Positions 38,759 to 47,981 of a stretch of 64,000 nt of DNA are shown one piece after another. The notes under the pieces were generated by a model. The model did not search any database. It was not told where the DNA came from and saw nothing but the letters and a program-made list of their open reading frames with translations. This DNA is from Bacteroidales bacterium (GTDB taxonomy: Bacteria; Bacteroidota; Bacteroidia; Bacteroidales; UBA7960): the NCBI GenBank assembly GCA_035477775.1, contig DATIKH010000026.1, forward strand, positions 5,029 through 69,028, read 5' to 3'. Each line of letters begins with the position of its first letter. Within the stretch, counting starts at the first letter, position 1. The position numbers and the translations under genes were made by a program.

Positions 38759-39052
38759 ATGGCTACCCAGAAACTTGATCCCAAAAAATTGGAAGAAGCT
38801 GCCAGCAAGCTAAGAGCTATTGCGCATCCTATGCGAATTGCAATTATCGGCATGTTGGAAAAAAAGGACCAAATGAACGTTACTGAGATATACAGTAGTT
38901 TAAAAATTGAACAAGCCTCGGCTTCTCATCACCTAAACATTCTGAAAACTAAAGGCGTACTGGACTCCAGGCGCAGCGGCAAAAACACATTTTATTACTT
39001 GAAACATGACGCTTTAAGCACGATTATCGATTGCATCAATCGCTGCCATTAG
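38759..39052 (+). CDS. ArsR/SmtB-family transcriptional regulator
   Basis: 97 aa. LRAIAHPMRIAIIGML and MNVTEIYSSLKIEQASASHHLNILKTKGVL (wHTH). Confidence 0.85.
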   Translation: MATQKLDPKKLEEAASKLRAIAHPMRIAIIGMLEKKDQMNVTEIYSSLKIEQASASHHLNILKTKGVLDSRRSGKNTFYYLKHDALSTIIDCINRCH

Positions 39053-39077
39053 TATGGGTCTAAGCCAAAATGAATTC

Positions 39078-39103
39078 AAAGCTGCCTCAGGGCAGCTTTT
39101 TTT
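39078..39103 (+). terminator. Rho-independent terminator after the ArsR-family gene
   Basis: Stem aaagctgcc / ggcagcttt with loop tcag, followed by a T-run. Confidence 0.75.
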
Positions 39104-39121
39104 ATGCAATAATTTTGCATA
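39103..39121. promoter_or_regulatory. 19-nt palindrome overlapping a TAnnTTTG box
   Basis: tatgcaa-taatt-ttgcata. The embedded TAATTTTG is at 39110..39117. It lies between the ArsR-family gene and the DUF1573 gene. Confidence 0.25.
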
Positions 39122-39379
39122 AAGAGCAGTTTAAAGGAGGGTTTGAGGTTTAAATTTTCATTGTTTTTTTGATAAATTTGCTCAACATATCCGTGGCATG
39201 AAAATTGAACTAAAAGGCCAGTTAAAGGGGCAGGCATTTTTGAATATAAATGTCACTTTTTAGGGGTTTAATATTATCTGGCTAAACCACCAATAAAAAC
39301 ACCTCATACAGAAGGTTTTTCAAATTATAAAAGCGTGCATTCGAATTTCATCAAAATAAAACCCTTTAAATTTTTAGAA

Positions 39380-39793
39380 ATGAAAAGTTCATTTGTAGCA
39401 ATCAGTTTATTGGTCGTAGGGATGTTGTGGTCAGTAAGTGTACGGGCAAATGGTCCTGCGCTGAATTTTACCCAGGACAGAATCGACTTTGGCACAGTGT
39501 ACACCGACAAGATGCCCGAATTCAAGTACAGCATCGAGTTTACAAATGCTGGCAATGCGCCCCTGATCCTGAATGCTGTTAGGGCTTGTTGCGGAACCCG
39601 CGTAGTTAGCTGGCCACAGGAGCCTGTTTTGCCAGGCCAGAAAGGGATTATTGAAATTGAGTTCCGGCTGGCACCGCGTGCTCAACGTGTTAGTCGCACA
39701 GTAACGGTTACTTCGAACGACACAGCAAATCCAACCGCCATTCTCCGGATCATGGGCCAGGTGGCAGATCGCGCACCCGAACCCCCTAGATAG
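39380..39793 (+). CDS. DUF1573 domain-containing secreted protein
   Basis: Signal peptide MKSSFVAISLLVVGMLWSVSVRA. IDFGTV..G.APLILNAVRACCGT pattern of DUF1573. Confidence 0.7.
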   Translation: MKSSFVAISLLVVGMLWSVSVRANGPALNFTQDRIDFGTVYTDKMPEFKYSIEFTNAGNAPLILNAVRACCGTRVVSWPQEPVLPGQKGIIEIEFRLAPRAQRVSRTVTVTSNDTANPTAILRIMGQVADRAPEPPR

Positions 39794-39933
39794 GCTTACA
39801 GTCTTTGTAATTTAGCCGGCTTTAGGAGGCTGACAATCTGGCCATGCTTGTTAAAAACCATAGTTTTTGTATGGGATGGGTTTGTTTTCTATCGGTTAAA
39901 AAAGTATTTCCCGATTTCTTCGATCACTAAGCC

Positions 39934-41058
39934 ATGAAACCACTTATCTGGGCTGCACGGATTGTTTTAGGCCTTGTTTTCCTTTTATCAGGCTTTTTTA
40001 AGGCTATAGACCCTTTAGGATCAACCTATAAAATTCAGGATTACCTCCTGGCTATGGGTCTTGAATGGTTGCATGGTCTGGCTCTTCCTGTTGCAATCCT
40101 TATCAGCACCCTGGAGATTGTTATTGCGCTAAGTATTCTTACAGGATTCAAATTGCGCTTAAGTGCCTGGGGTGCCCTTTTTTTCATGGTTTTTTTTACA
40201 CCTTTTACGCTCTATCTGGCCATCTTCGAACCTGTACCCCATTGCGGATGCTTTGGCGATGCCATTATACTGCCCAAATGGGCTACGTTCTATAAAAACA
40301 TCGTACTGCTTGCTGCAGCTATCCTGGTCTTTGTAAAACGAAAGGGATTCAAGCCTTTGATCTCGAAACGAACAGATTGGTATCTGGCAGGTGCGACCAC
40401 TCTTGCAACATTGTTACTGTCGGGTTACTGTTTGCGTAACCTCCCTGTGATCGACTTTTTACCATGGAAAGTTGGAAACCATATTCCAGGCCTGATGGTG
40501 TCGCAACCAGAAGTAGCAAATGTTTATCTGATTTTTGAGGACTCGCAAACCGGCGAAAAGGCCGAATTTCCTGCAACGGACTACCCTTGGGACGATCCGG
40601 AATGGGCAGCCAGGTGGAAGTACATTGACCAGCGCAAGGAGATTGTCAGCCCCTATGTGCCGGCGCCTATAACGGATTTTGCGATTCGTGATGCGGATAA
40701 TAACGACCTAACCGAAAAATACATTAACAATCCCGGACTTCAGTTTTTAGCAGTGGCTTATGATTTGTTCAATACAAATACAAGAGCTTTTGTTGAAAGG
40801 TTAACTCCCCTGGCACACCAGGCCGAAGAAAACGGACATTCGCTGGTGGTTCTCACGGGCTCTTCGTTCGAGGCCATTGAAGCCTTCAGGCACCAGCACC
40901 AAACGCCCTACCCTTTTTATCAGGTTGATGCCGTACCTTTAAAAACCATGATACGTTCAAACCCGGGTCTATTGCTCTTGAAAGATGGCGTGGTTGTTGG
41001 AAAGTGGGCACACCGCAACATTCCAGACTATGAGGCCTTAATTGCGAAGTATTTTTGA
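39934..41058 (+). CDS. MauE/DoxX-family membrane protein with a C-terminal thioredoxin-fold-like domain lacking CxxC
   Basis: N-terminal 4-5 TM helices (LSGFFKAIDPLGSTYKIQDY..CGCFGD). The C-terminal soluble region resembles TlpA-like folds, but I see no CxxC there. Confidence 0.6.
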   Translation: MKPLIWAARIVLGLVFLLSGFFKAIDPLGSTYKIQDYLLAMGLEWLHGLALPVAILISTLEIVIALSILTGFKLRLSAWGALFFMVFFTPFTLYLAIFEPVPHCGCFGDAIILPKWATFYKNIVLLAAAILVFVKRKGFKPLISKRTDWYLAGATTLATLLLSGYCLRNLPVIDFLPWKVGNHIPGLMVSQPEVANVYLIFEDSQTGEKAEFPATDYPWDDPEWAARWKYIDQRKEIVSPYVPAPITDFAIRDADNNDLTEKYINNPGLQFLAVAYDLFNTNTRAFVERLTPLAHQAEENGHSLVVLTGSSFEAIEAFRHQHQTPYPFYQVDAVPLKTMIRSNPGLLLLKDGVVVGKWAHRNIPDYEALIAKYF

Positions 41059-41083
41059 AACCCTACAATGAGCCTGGGTAATT

Positions 41084-41524
41084 TCAGTACCTTTTTCCCT
41101 TAAAAAAATCTGTCATTAAAGCCGCCGATTCAGCGGCTTTAATGTTTTTGACACATTGGGTCTTCGGATGAAAAGGATTGAGGCCAAAAGTTGAAAATCC
41201 CCTTTTGGGATCATCGGCACCCCAAACAACTCTGGATATTTGCGCCCAGCTGAGCGCCCCGGCGCACATGAGGCAAGGCTCAACTGTGACGTAGATGGTA
41301 CAACCGGTAAGATATTTCCCGCCAAGGTGATTTGCTGCAGCAGTAATGGCCTGCATTTCTGCATGTGCAGTTACGTCGTTAAGACGCTCTGTAAGATTAT
41401 GTGCCCTGGCTATAATCAAATCATTGGCCACCACAACGGCCCCAACAGGAACTTCATCGGCCTCATAAGCTTTTCTGGCTTCTTTGAGGGCTTCGCCCAT
41501 GAAAAAATCGTCGGAATAAATCAC
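41084..41524 (-). CDS. tadA: tRNA adenosine(34) deaminase
   Basis: VPVGAVVV, HAEMQAI and TVEPCLMCAGAL. 146 aa. Confidence 0.9.
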   Translation of the reverse strand: MIYSDDFFMGEALKEARKAYEADEVPVGAVVVANDLIIARAHNLTERLNDVTAHAEMQAITAAANHLGGKYLTGCTIYVTVEPCLMCAGALSWAQISRVVWGADDPKRGFSTFGLNPFHPKTQCVKNIKAAESAALMTDFFKGKRY

Positions 41525-41560
41525 CTGGCCTCTTTTTATGACAAAGGTATGCGAATGATT

Positions 41561-42421
41561 TTAAATCGTGCCTGTAATGTGCCGGAGCCAGCATTTGATC
41601 AAGAGCCAGGACTTCTGATATGAGCTAACGCGAAGGCGTTCCGAAGTCAATTCCTGAGGGTTGGCCGATGCAATTCTTTTGAGCAATTCCAGATAGTAAC
41701 GATAAGCTAAATATACTCCAAGCCTAAACTCACCGGAAAGCGACCTGATTCCAGGCAATGAGGCCTCAAAATCTCTGATGATCTCTTGTTCAATGGCTGT
41801 TTTTTCGATCGAGGAGAATGTGTCGAATGAAACGCCAGGAAAGTAAATCCTGCCACGCTCAACCCAATCGGCTTTCAAGTCGCGCAAAAAATTCACCTTC
41901 TGAAACGCTTCGCCAAGTTTTCTGGCCGGTTGCAAAAGGTTGCGGTATCCTGTGTCATCACCGGAATAAAAAACCCTCATACACATTAATCCAACAACCT
42001 CGGCCGAACCGTAGATGTATTCCTGATATTCATTTCGGGTGTAGCTTTTTTTGGAAATATCCATTTGCATACTTACAAAAAAGGCTTCGATCAGTTCCTC
42101 ATCAATATGAAATTTGTTAACAACCCACTGGAAGCTGTGAAGGATTGGGTTGGTACTTATGCCTTGTTTAATAGCCTCAAAGGTCATTTCACGAAATTCG
42201 GCCAGCAGTTTCTCTTTGTCGTGCCCATGAAATGAGTCAACAATTTCGTCGGCAAACCTTACAAATCCATAAACAGCATAAATTCCAGCCCGATGTCTTT
42301 TATTAAACAACCGAATACCCAGCGAAAAGGAAGTGCTGTATTTTTTGGTTGTTATTTCGCTGCAAAGAAGTGCGTTTTTAGTGTACAGATCCATAGGCTT
42401 TTTCAATTCTTTCAACAACAA
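41561..42421 (-). CDS. crtB: Phytoene synthase
   Basis: YSTSFSLGIRLF, YAVYGFVRFADEIVD, YIYGSAEVVG and NFLRDLKAD..RGRIYFP. The start is TTG at 42421 or ATG at 42394. Either way it overlaps the crtI 3' end. Confidence 0.88.
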   Translation of the reverse strand: MLLKELKKPMDLYTKNALLCSEITTKKYSTSFSLGIRLFNKRHRAGIYAVYGFVRFADEIVDSFHGHDKEKLLAEFREMTFEAIKQGISTNPILHSFQWVVNKFHIDEELIEAFFVSMQMDISKKSYTRNEYQEYIYGSAEVVGLMCMRVFYSGDDTGYRNLLQPARKLGEAFQKVNFLRDLKADWVERGRIYFPGVSFDTFSSIEKTAIEQEIIRDFEASLPGIRSLSGEFRLGVYLAYRYYLELLKRIASANPQELTSERLRVSSYQKSWLLIKCWLRHITGTI

Positions 42422-43865
42422 GCCGCGAACTGATAACTACCATTGGCAATCCGGTTCCCGGCACAGTTGAAGCACCAACATAAAATACATTTTTAAATTT
42501 TTCGTCGAAATTCTTAGGTCTGAAACCTCCGATCTGGCCAAGGCCGTGTCCCAAGCCGAGTCCGCTCCCTTTATACAGATCAAAACTCTGTTCCCAGTCA
42601 ACCGGTGTTAGTACAGTTTGCGAAACGATGTGCTTCTTTAGATCAAACCCCAACCTTACACCCAGGTCGGTCAGTATGTTATCAGCTACCTGGGGACTGT
42701 CGCTCCAGTCGGGCTTATAGCGCCTGTCGGGAACAGGGCACAAAACAAACAATGCCTCGCATCCATCAGGAGCAGCAGTAGGATCTGCTTTAGAAACAAT
42801 ATTCAGATAATAGTATGGTTGATCAAGTTTTATTGCGTTGTTGAAGATTTTGCCTGAATATTCCCTGAAATTGTTTCCCAGAAAGTAGTTGTGCAGCGGC
42901 AGGTCATCCAACTTTCGGTCCAGGCCAAGGTACATGGAAAAAGGTGCAAATGTCCATGCCATCTTATCCAGTTTTGACTCACTAAATGCCGGCCTTTTGA
43001 AAACTTTGCCCCTAAACAAGGCTGCATCGGCATTGACCACAAACAGATCGGCATCCCATAGTCCTCCATGCTGGTCAACCAGGGCAGAAATTTCACCTTT
43101 CAGATTTTGTCGGTAGTCAACAATTTCGGTATTGAAATGAATGGGAATTCCAGCTTTATCGAGTTCCCTTTTGAGGCCTTCTACGATTTTATACATTCCC
43201 CCTTGCACATTGTGATACCCGTCGTGAACAAGCTCCGTGTAGGAAAGTATTGTGAAAATGGATGGGGTATTGAATGGTGTAGCCCCCAAAAAGAAGGCTA
43301 CAAGAGAAAAGATTTCTTTTGCTTCGCGCGACTCGAAGTATCTGCCGGCTTCGTCCCACATGGATCTCAGCAAACGGGGCGAATATTTGGGTGGCACCTT
43401 GGTGAGGGTAAGCAAATATTGCCAAACTGAATTGTAATTCCTTTTAATGATGAGATTCTCGGTATCGTGAAAAAAACCTGCGGCAGAATCAAGGAACCGA
43501 TGCATCTTTTGCTTGAAATCCGGCTCAATCCCTTCAAATTCAGCCGCAAGGTCGTCGAGGTTCTTGTGGATGTGAAACCGCCTGTCTGATCCGCGAAAAT
43601 GAACTACATACAAGGTGTCAAGCTCCCTGAAGGTGAAAGGCAATTCGCTTAGCCCTGCATCGGCCATGAACTCATCAAACTCGTATGTCATGCTGAAGAA
43701 AGTCGGCCCTAAATCCCAGGTAAAACCATCCTTTTTCAGTTGGTTAAGCCTTCCTCCAGGTTGATGATATTTCTCGACCAATTCGACCTTAAAGTTCCTT
43801 CGGTGAAGCCTCAGGGCAGTAGTCAAAGCACCAAGTCCGGAACCAACAATCAACACTTTTTTCAT
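42378..43865 (-). CDS. crtI: Phytoene desaturase
   Basis: KKVLIVGSGLGALTTALRL..VEKYHQPGGR and a C-terminal GASTVPGTGLPMV. ATG at 43865. Confidence 0.88.
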   Translation of the reverse strand: MKKVLIVGSGLGALTTALRLHRRNFKVELVEKYHQPGGRLNQLKKDGFTWDLGPTFFSMTYEFDEFMADAGLSELPFTFRELDTLYVVHFRGSDRRFHIHKNLDDLAAEFEGIEPDFKQKMHRFLDSAAGFFHDTENLIIKRNYNSVWQYLLTLTKVPPKYSPRLLRSMWDEAGRYFESREAKEIFSLVAFFLGATPFNTPSIFTILSYTELVHDGYHNVQGGMYKIVEGLKRELDKAGIPIHFNTEIVDYRQNLKGEISALVDQHGGLWDADLFVVNADAALFRGKVFKRPAFSESKLDKMAWTFAPFSMYLGLDRKLDDLPLHNYFLGNNFREYSGKIFNNAIKLDQPYYYLNIVSKADPTAAPDGCEALFVLCPVPDRRYKPDWSDSPQVADNILTDLGVRLGFDLKKHIVSQTVLTPVDWEQSFDLYKGSGLGLGHGLGQIGGFRPKNFDEKFKNVFYVGASTVPGTGLPMVVISSRLVVERIEKAYGSVH

Positions 43866-44066
43866 ACAATTCTGAAATTCTTTTAAACCCAATTTGCAAC
43901 ATGATTATACAAAACAACCTGCAGTGTGATTAAATTCGCTTTGTATTTTTTCTACTTTAAGCAGGAAAGCTTCCCTGTTCATTGTTTAATGTTTTGAATA
44001 AACTTATAAACAATCGCGGGCTTGAATTGTTCAAATCATTGCAACTAAGCCTTATCGTGTGATAAA

Positions 44067-45539
44067 ATGGGTAAAACGGCAGCTATAATCGGTGCAGGAA
44101 TTGGAGGGCTGGCGGCAGCATTGAGGCTAAGAACCAAAGGGTATCAGGTGGAGGTGTACGAGCAGGCTGCAGGCCCCGGTGGCAAAATAAAAGAAATCCG
44201 AATGAATGGATTTAGGTTCGATACCGGGCCATCCCTCTTTACATTTCCTGCTTTGGTTGATGAGTTGTTCAGTCTGTTTGGTGAAAATCCGGGTCGTTTT
44301 TTTAGGCACCAACAATTAGACAGCTCCTGTAAATATTTTTGGGACGACGGCACCACGATTAATGCCTGGCAAAATCCTACCCTTTTTTCTCAGGAGATTG
44401 AACAGGCAACAGGAGCCAAAGGCGACTGCGTATTGACTTATCTGCGGGAAAGCAAAGAACTTTATGACATTGCCGGCGACACCTTTATTTTTCACTCACT
44501 TCATAACCCGTCAAACTATTTTACTCCTTCGTTTCTGAAGACTTTGCTCAATATCTGGAAACTTGACCCCTTACGCACACTACACGACCGCAACAGGGCT
44601 TGTTTAAAAAACCCGAAGCTGGTTCAGATATTTGATCGCTACGCCACATATAATGGCTCGAGCCCCTACAAAACACCTTCGACATTGCGCATGATTGCTC
44701 ACCTGGAGCATAATACAGGAGCTCACTTCCCAAGAAAGGGAATGTTCGACATTGTTGCTTCGCTGGAGCGTTTAGCAGTTGCCAAAGGTGTCAAATTTCA
44801 TTACAATGCCAGGGTGGAAACCATCCTTACCAAAAACTCCCAAGTGCAAGGTGTAAGGGTCAACGGTCTGGATTATCCATTTAATTTGGTTTTAAGCGAC
44901 GTGGATGTGGTTAACCTGTACAACAACCTCCTGAGCGGTGTTCCGCTACCTGAAAATCAAACCAAACAGCAGCGTTCGAGTTCGGCAGTGATATTTTATT
45001 GGGGCATAAACAAAGCTTTTCCCAACATGCAGTTGCACAACATCCTTTTTTCAAACAATTACCGCGCTGAGTTCGACCACCTGTTCGAAACCCGTACTAT
45101 GAGTTCCGACCCGACGGTGTATGTTTTTATCAGTTCCAAAATTATTCCTGAGGATGCGCCCGAAGGTATGGAAAACTGGTATGTTATGGTCAATGCGCCT
45201 GAAGATACCGGCCTGAACCGAAAAATACTAATTAACGAAACGCGCAGCAAGATATTAGAAAAAATACGGCACACATTGAGGATAGACCTTACCGACCATA
45301 TCGTAGCGGAGGCAGTGGCCGATCCGCAGAGCATCGAATCCGAAACGGGATCATACAAAGGTTCGCTATACGGGCTAAGCTCTAACAATATTTGGGCAGC
45401 TTTCAACAGGCACCCAAATTTCTCCAGCAAAATAAAAGGCCTTTACTTTGTCGGGGGAAGCGTACATCCGGGCGGGGGCATTCCACTGTGCATGGCATCT
45501 GCCAAAATTATTGATAAAGAAATTCCATCAGTCAAATGA
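44067..45539 (+). CDS. crtD: CrtI-family desaturase, probably 1-hydroxycarotenoid 3,4-desaturase
   Basis: AAIIGAGIGGLAAALRL..YEQAAGPGGK and a C-terminal GGSVHPGGGIPL. It is divergent from crtI and followed by the cruF-like gene. Confidence 0.7.
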   Translation: MGKTAAIIGAGIGGLAAALRLRTKGYQVEVYEQAAGPGGKIKEIRMNGFRFDTGPSLFTFPALVDELFSLFGENPGRFFRHQQLDSSCKYFWDDGTTINAWQNPTLFSQEIEQATGAKGDCVLTYLRESKELYDIAGDTFIFHSLHNPSNYFTPSFLKTLLNIWKLDPLRTLHDRNRACLKNPKLVQIFDRYATYNGSSPYKTPSTLRMIAHLEHNTGAHFPRKGMFDIVASLERLAVAKGVKFHYNARVETILTKNSQVQGVRVNGLDYPFNLVLSDVDVVNLYNNLLSGVPLPENQTKQQRSSSAVIFYWGINKAFPNMQLHNILFSNNYRAEFDHLFETRTMSSDPTVYVFISSKIIPEDAPEGMENWYVMVNAPEDTGLNRKILINETRSKILEKIRHTLRIDLTDHIVAEAVADPQSIESETGSYKGSLYGLSSNNIWAAFNRHPNFSSKIKGLYFVGGSVHPGGGIPLCMASAKIIDKEIPSVK

Positions 45540-46201
45540 AAAACACCTTGAATACCTTCTTTAGTAACAAGGCGAACATAGTAAAAGTGCTCTTGGCTTT
45601 TTACTATTTGGTTGGCTTCTTAGGTCTTACCCACCCATTGACCGCTGAATTGTTCAAAAGCCTGATTCCTTTTACCATCCTGGCAAGCACTTTTATTTTG
45701 CTGCTGTATCACCCTGCCTGGCATAAATGGCACATTGCAGCTTTCGCAGTCATTGCACTTTTGGGCTATTGGATCGAAGTGGCAGGAGTGGCTACAGGAA
45801 TCATATTTGGCGATTATGAATACCTGTATGCCCTCGGGTTCGAAATTTTAAAAACTCCTCCGATAATTGGTCTGAATTGGCTCATGCTCATCTATGCGGT
45901 TTTTTCACTTCTGGAACCTCTTAAATGGCCGGCTTTAGCAAAAATTTTTGCTGGTTCATTACTCATGGTGGGCTACGACATTATTTTGGAGCCCGTTGCA
46001 ATGGCTCTAAACATGTGGACATGGGAAGGCGAAATAGTTCCAATACAAAACTATATGGCCTGGTTTTTTATCTCGTTCCTGTTCCTTTTCATCATGCACC
46101 GATCAAAAGTAGTTGCAAAGAATCCCATCGGAGGATACTTGTTTGTTTTACAATTTGCATTTTTCTTAGCCCTGAACATTTTTTTCAGCTTCCATGGTTA
46201 A
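45536..46201 (+). CDS. cruF: Carotenoid biosynthesis membrane protein (DUF422 / CruF-like hydratase)
   Basis: Polytopic 221-aa protein, 4-nt overlap with crtD, and placement inside the carotenoid cluster. Confidence 0.6.
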   Translation: MKNTLNTFFSNKANIVKVLLAFYYLVGFLGLTHPLTAELFKSLIPFTILASTFILLLYHPAWHKWHIAAFAVIALLGYWIEVAGVATGIIFGDYEYLYALGFEILKTPPIIGLNWLMLIYAVFSLLEPLKWPALAKIFAGSLLMVGYDIILEPVAMALNMWTWEGEIVPIQNYMAWFFISFLFLFIMHRSKVVAKNPIGGYLFVLQFAFFLALNIFFSFHG

Positions 46202-46814
46202 AGCACGCCACAATGCACTGGTCATAAAGCTCGTTGGAGCATTCCTTTTTGCTTTGATGAAAGTGGTATTTCGAAAAATTACCATCAAAGGTGATTTTGA
46301 AGATAGAAAACAGGCATTGCTGTTAATTGGAAATCATTTTAGCTGGTGGGACGGTTTTATTGGCCTTTACCTCAGCAAAAAGGTTTTAAAAAGGAAACTT
46401 TACGTAATGATGCTCGAGGAGCAATTGCAAAACCGAAAAGTGCTTAATCTTATGGGTGCCTTTTCGATTAAAAAAAACTCAAGATCGGCAATTGTTTCTT
46501 TGGATTATGCTTCGGAACTGCTTTGTGGAAAAGAAAACGCCTTGTTGTTGTTTCCGCAAGGTAAATTTCAGCCCATGAGCCAGTACCCTCTTACATTCGA
46601 AAATGGCTGGACGAGAATAATTTCAAAGGCGCAATGTGGGTTTCAGATAATTTTTATGGTTTGCCTTGCTGATTTTTTTTCGCACCCCAGGCCTGAGTTA
46701 ACCATTTTCTTTAAAGAATTTACTCTGGCCAACCCCAGGGATTTGACGATTTTTGAGAAAGCATACAACGAGTTTCTTCATGAGTGCATTCAACAACAAA
46801 AAGAAATAGCATGA
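46194..46814 (+). CDS. PlsC-family acyltransferase (CruD-like by context)
   Basis: HX4D motif NHFSWWDG. It overlaps both neighbours and sits inside the carotenoid cluster. Confidence 0.65.
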   Translation: MVKARHNALVIKLVGAFLFALMKVVFRKITIKGDFEDRKQALLLIGNHFSWWDGFIGLYLSKKVLKRKLYVMMLEEQLQNRKVLNLMGAFSIKKNSRSAIVSLDYASELLCGKENALLLFPQGKFQPMSQYPLTFENGWTRIISKAQCGFQIIFMVCLADFFSHPRPELTIFFKEFTLANPRDLTIFEKAYNEFLHECIQQQKEIA

Positions 46815-47902
46815 TTTGGCTCGCAATGGTGATTTTTGCGTTTTTAATAATTCGACTGCTGGTTGTAATTACAAACCTGATCACCCGCCCATGGCTCAGA
46901 TCCGGGAAATCCGCTGACCAACCATTGGTTTCGGTTTTGGTTCCTGCACGCAACGAAGAGAAAAACCTTCCTTTGCTGCTGAAAAGCCTCTCTGGCCAGA
47001 ATTACAATAACATAGAAGTAATAGTTTATAACGATCTTTCGGAAGACAGAACCGACCAAATCGTTTCGGAGTTTTCGACGCACGACGGCAGGGTACGGCT
47101 AATCAATGGTGTTGATTTGCCAGAGGGATGGCTCGGCAAACCACATGCCTGTCATAGGTTATCGGAACATGCCCGGGGCGAATACCTGATGTTTATTGAT
47201 GCTGACGTTGTTATTGGGCCTGAGCTTATCAACCAAAGTCTTTCTCATACCCGGAAGCTACGGTTAGACTTGCTGTCGATTTTTCCGGTTCAGATTATGG
47301 ATAGTTTTGGAGAGCGCATATCCGTGCCACTTATGAAGTGGATACTACTAAGTCTTTTGCCGCTCATTCTCACACGGGTTTCGGGCTGGAAAGCCTTTTC
47401 GGCTGCCAACGGTCAGTTTATGCTATTTAAAACCGAAGCCTATCGAAAATTCAGTTTTCACAAGTTGGCCAAAAATGAGATTGTGGAAGACATTAAGATT
47501 TTTAAACTTGCAAAAAAAATGGGATTGAGTTGCCAAACACTCATTGGCACCCATCAGATCAAATGCAGGATGTATGGAAGTTTCTCACAGGCTATTACAG
47601 GATTTTCGAAGAATGTTTTTGAATTTTTCGGAGGCAGTATTTTGCTGACTGCAGTAATGGTATTGTTAACTACCTTAGGTTTTTTACCGGTGTATCTTGC
47701 GCTTGGCTTTTTTTATGTAATGGTGTGGCTGACAGGAGAAATGCTGGTTAGGGCTTTGGTGGCTGTTGCTGCGCGGCAAAATGTTGGCCTGACGATTTTA
47801 TTATGGCCTGCTCAACAAATAGCTTTCGTGGTGGTTTTCCTAAATGCCATCAAAGCCAAAACGAGGGGTTATTGGGAATGGAAAGGCCGAAGGGTCAATT
47901 AA
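46811..47902 (+). CDS. Family 2 glycosyltransferase (CruC-like by context)
   Basis: VSVLVPARNEE, YNDLSED and FIDADV (DxD). C-terminal TM helices. ATGA overlap with the acyltransferase stop. Confidence 0.75.
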   Translation: MIWLAMVIFAFLIIRLLVVITNLITRPWLRSGKSADQPLVSVLVPARNEEKNLPLLLKSLSGQNYNNIEVIVYNDLSEDRTDQIVSEFSTHDGRVRLINGVDLPEGWLGKPHACHRLSEHARGEYLMFIDADVVIGPELINQSLSHTRKLRLDLLSIFPVQIMDSFGERISVPLMKWILLSLLPLILTRVSGWKAFSAANGQFMLFKTEAYRKFSFHKLAKNEIVEDIKIFKLAKKMGLSCQTLIGTHQIKCRMYGSFSQAITGFSKNVFEFFGGSILLTAVMVLLTTLGFLPVYLALGFFYVMVWLTGEMLVRALVAVAARQNVGLTILLWPAQQIAFVVVFLNAIKAKTRGYWEWKGRRVN

Positions 47903-47981
47903 ATGTAAACTTTCGGGTATTAAAAAAAGTTCAAAAAAGCATCATTTCAACCTTATCAATGTTTAAGCTGTTTCAACCAAC

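Noticed and set aside
42378-42421. The 44-nt overlap between the crtI 3' end and the crtB 5' end could be a sign of a frameshift or a fusion.
   Set aside because: Both proteins are full length with intact termini. Using the internal ATG at 42394 for crtB shortens the overlap to 17 nt. Such overlaps are common in operons.
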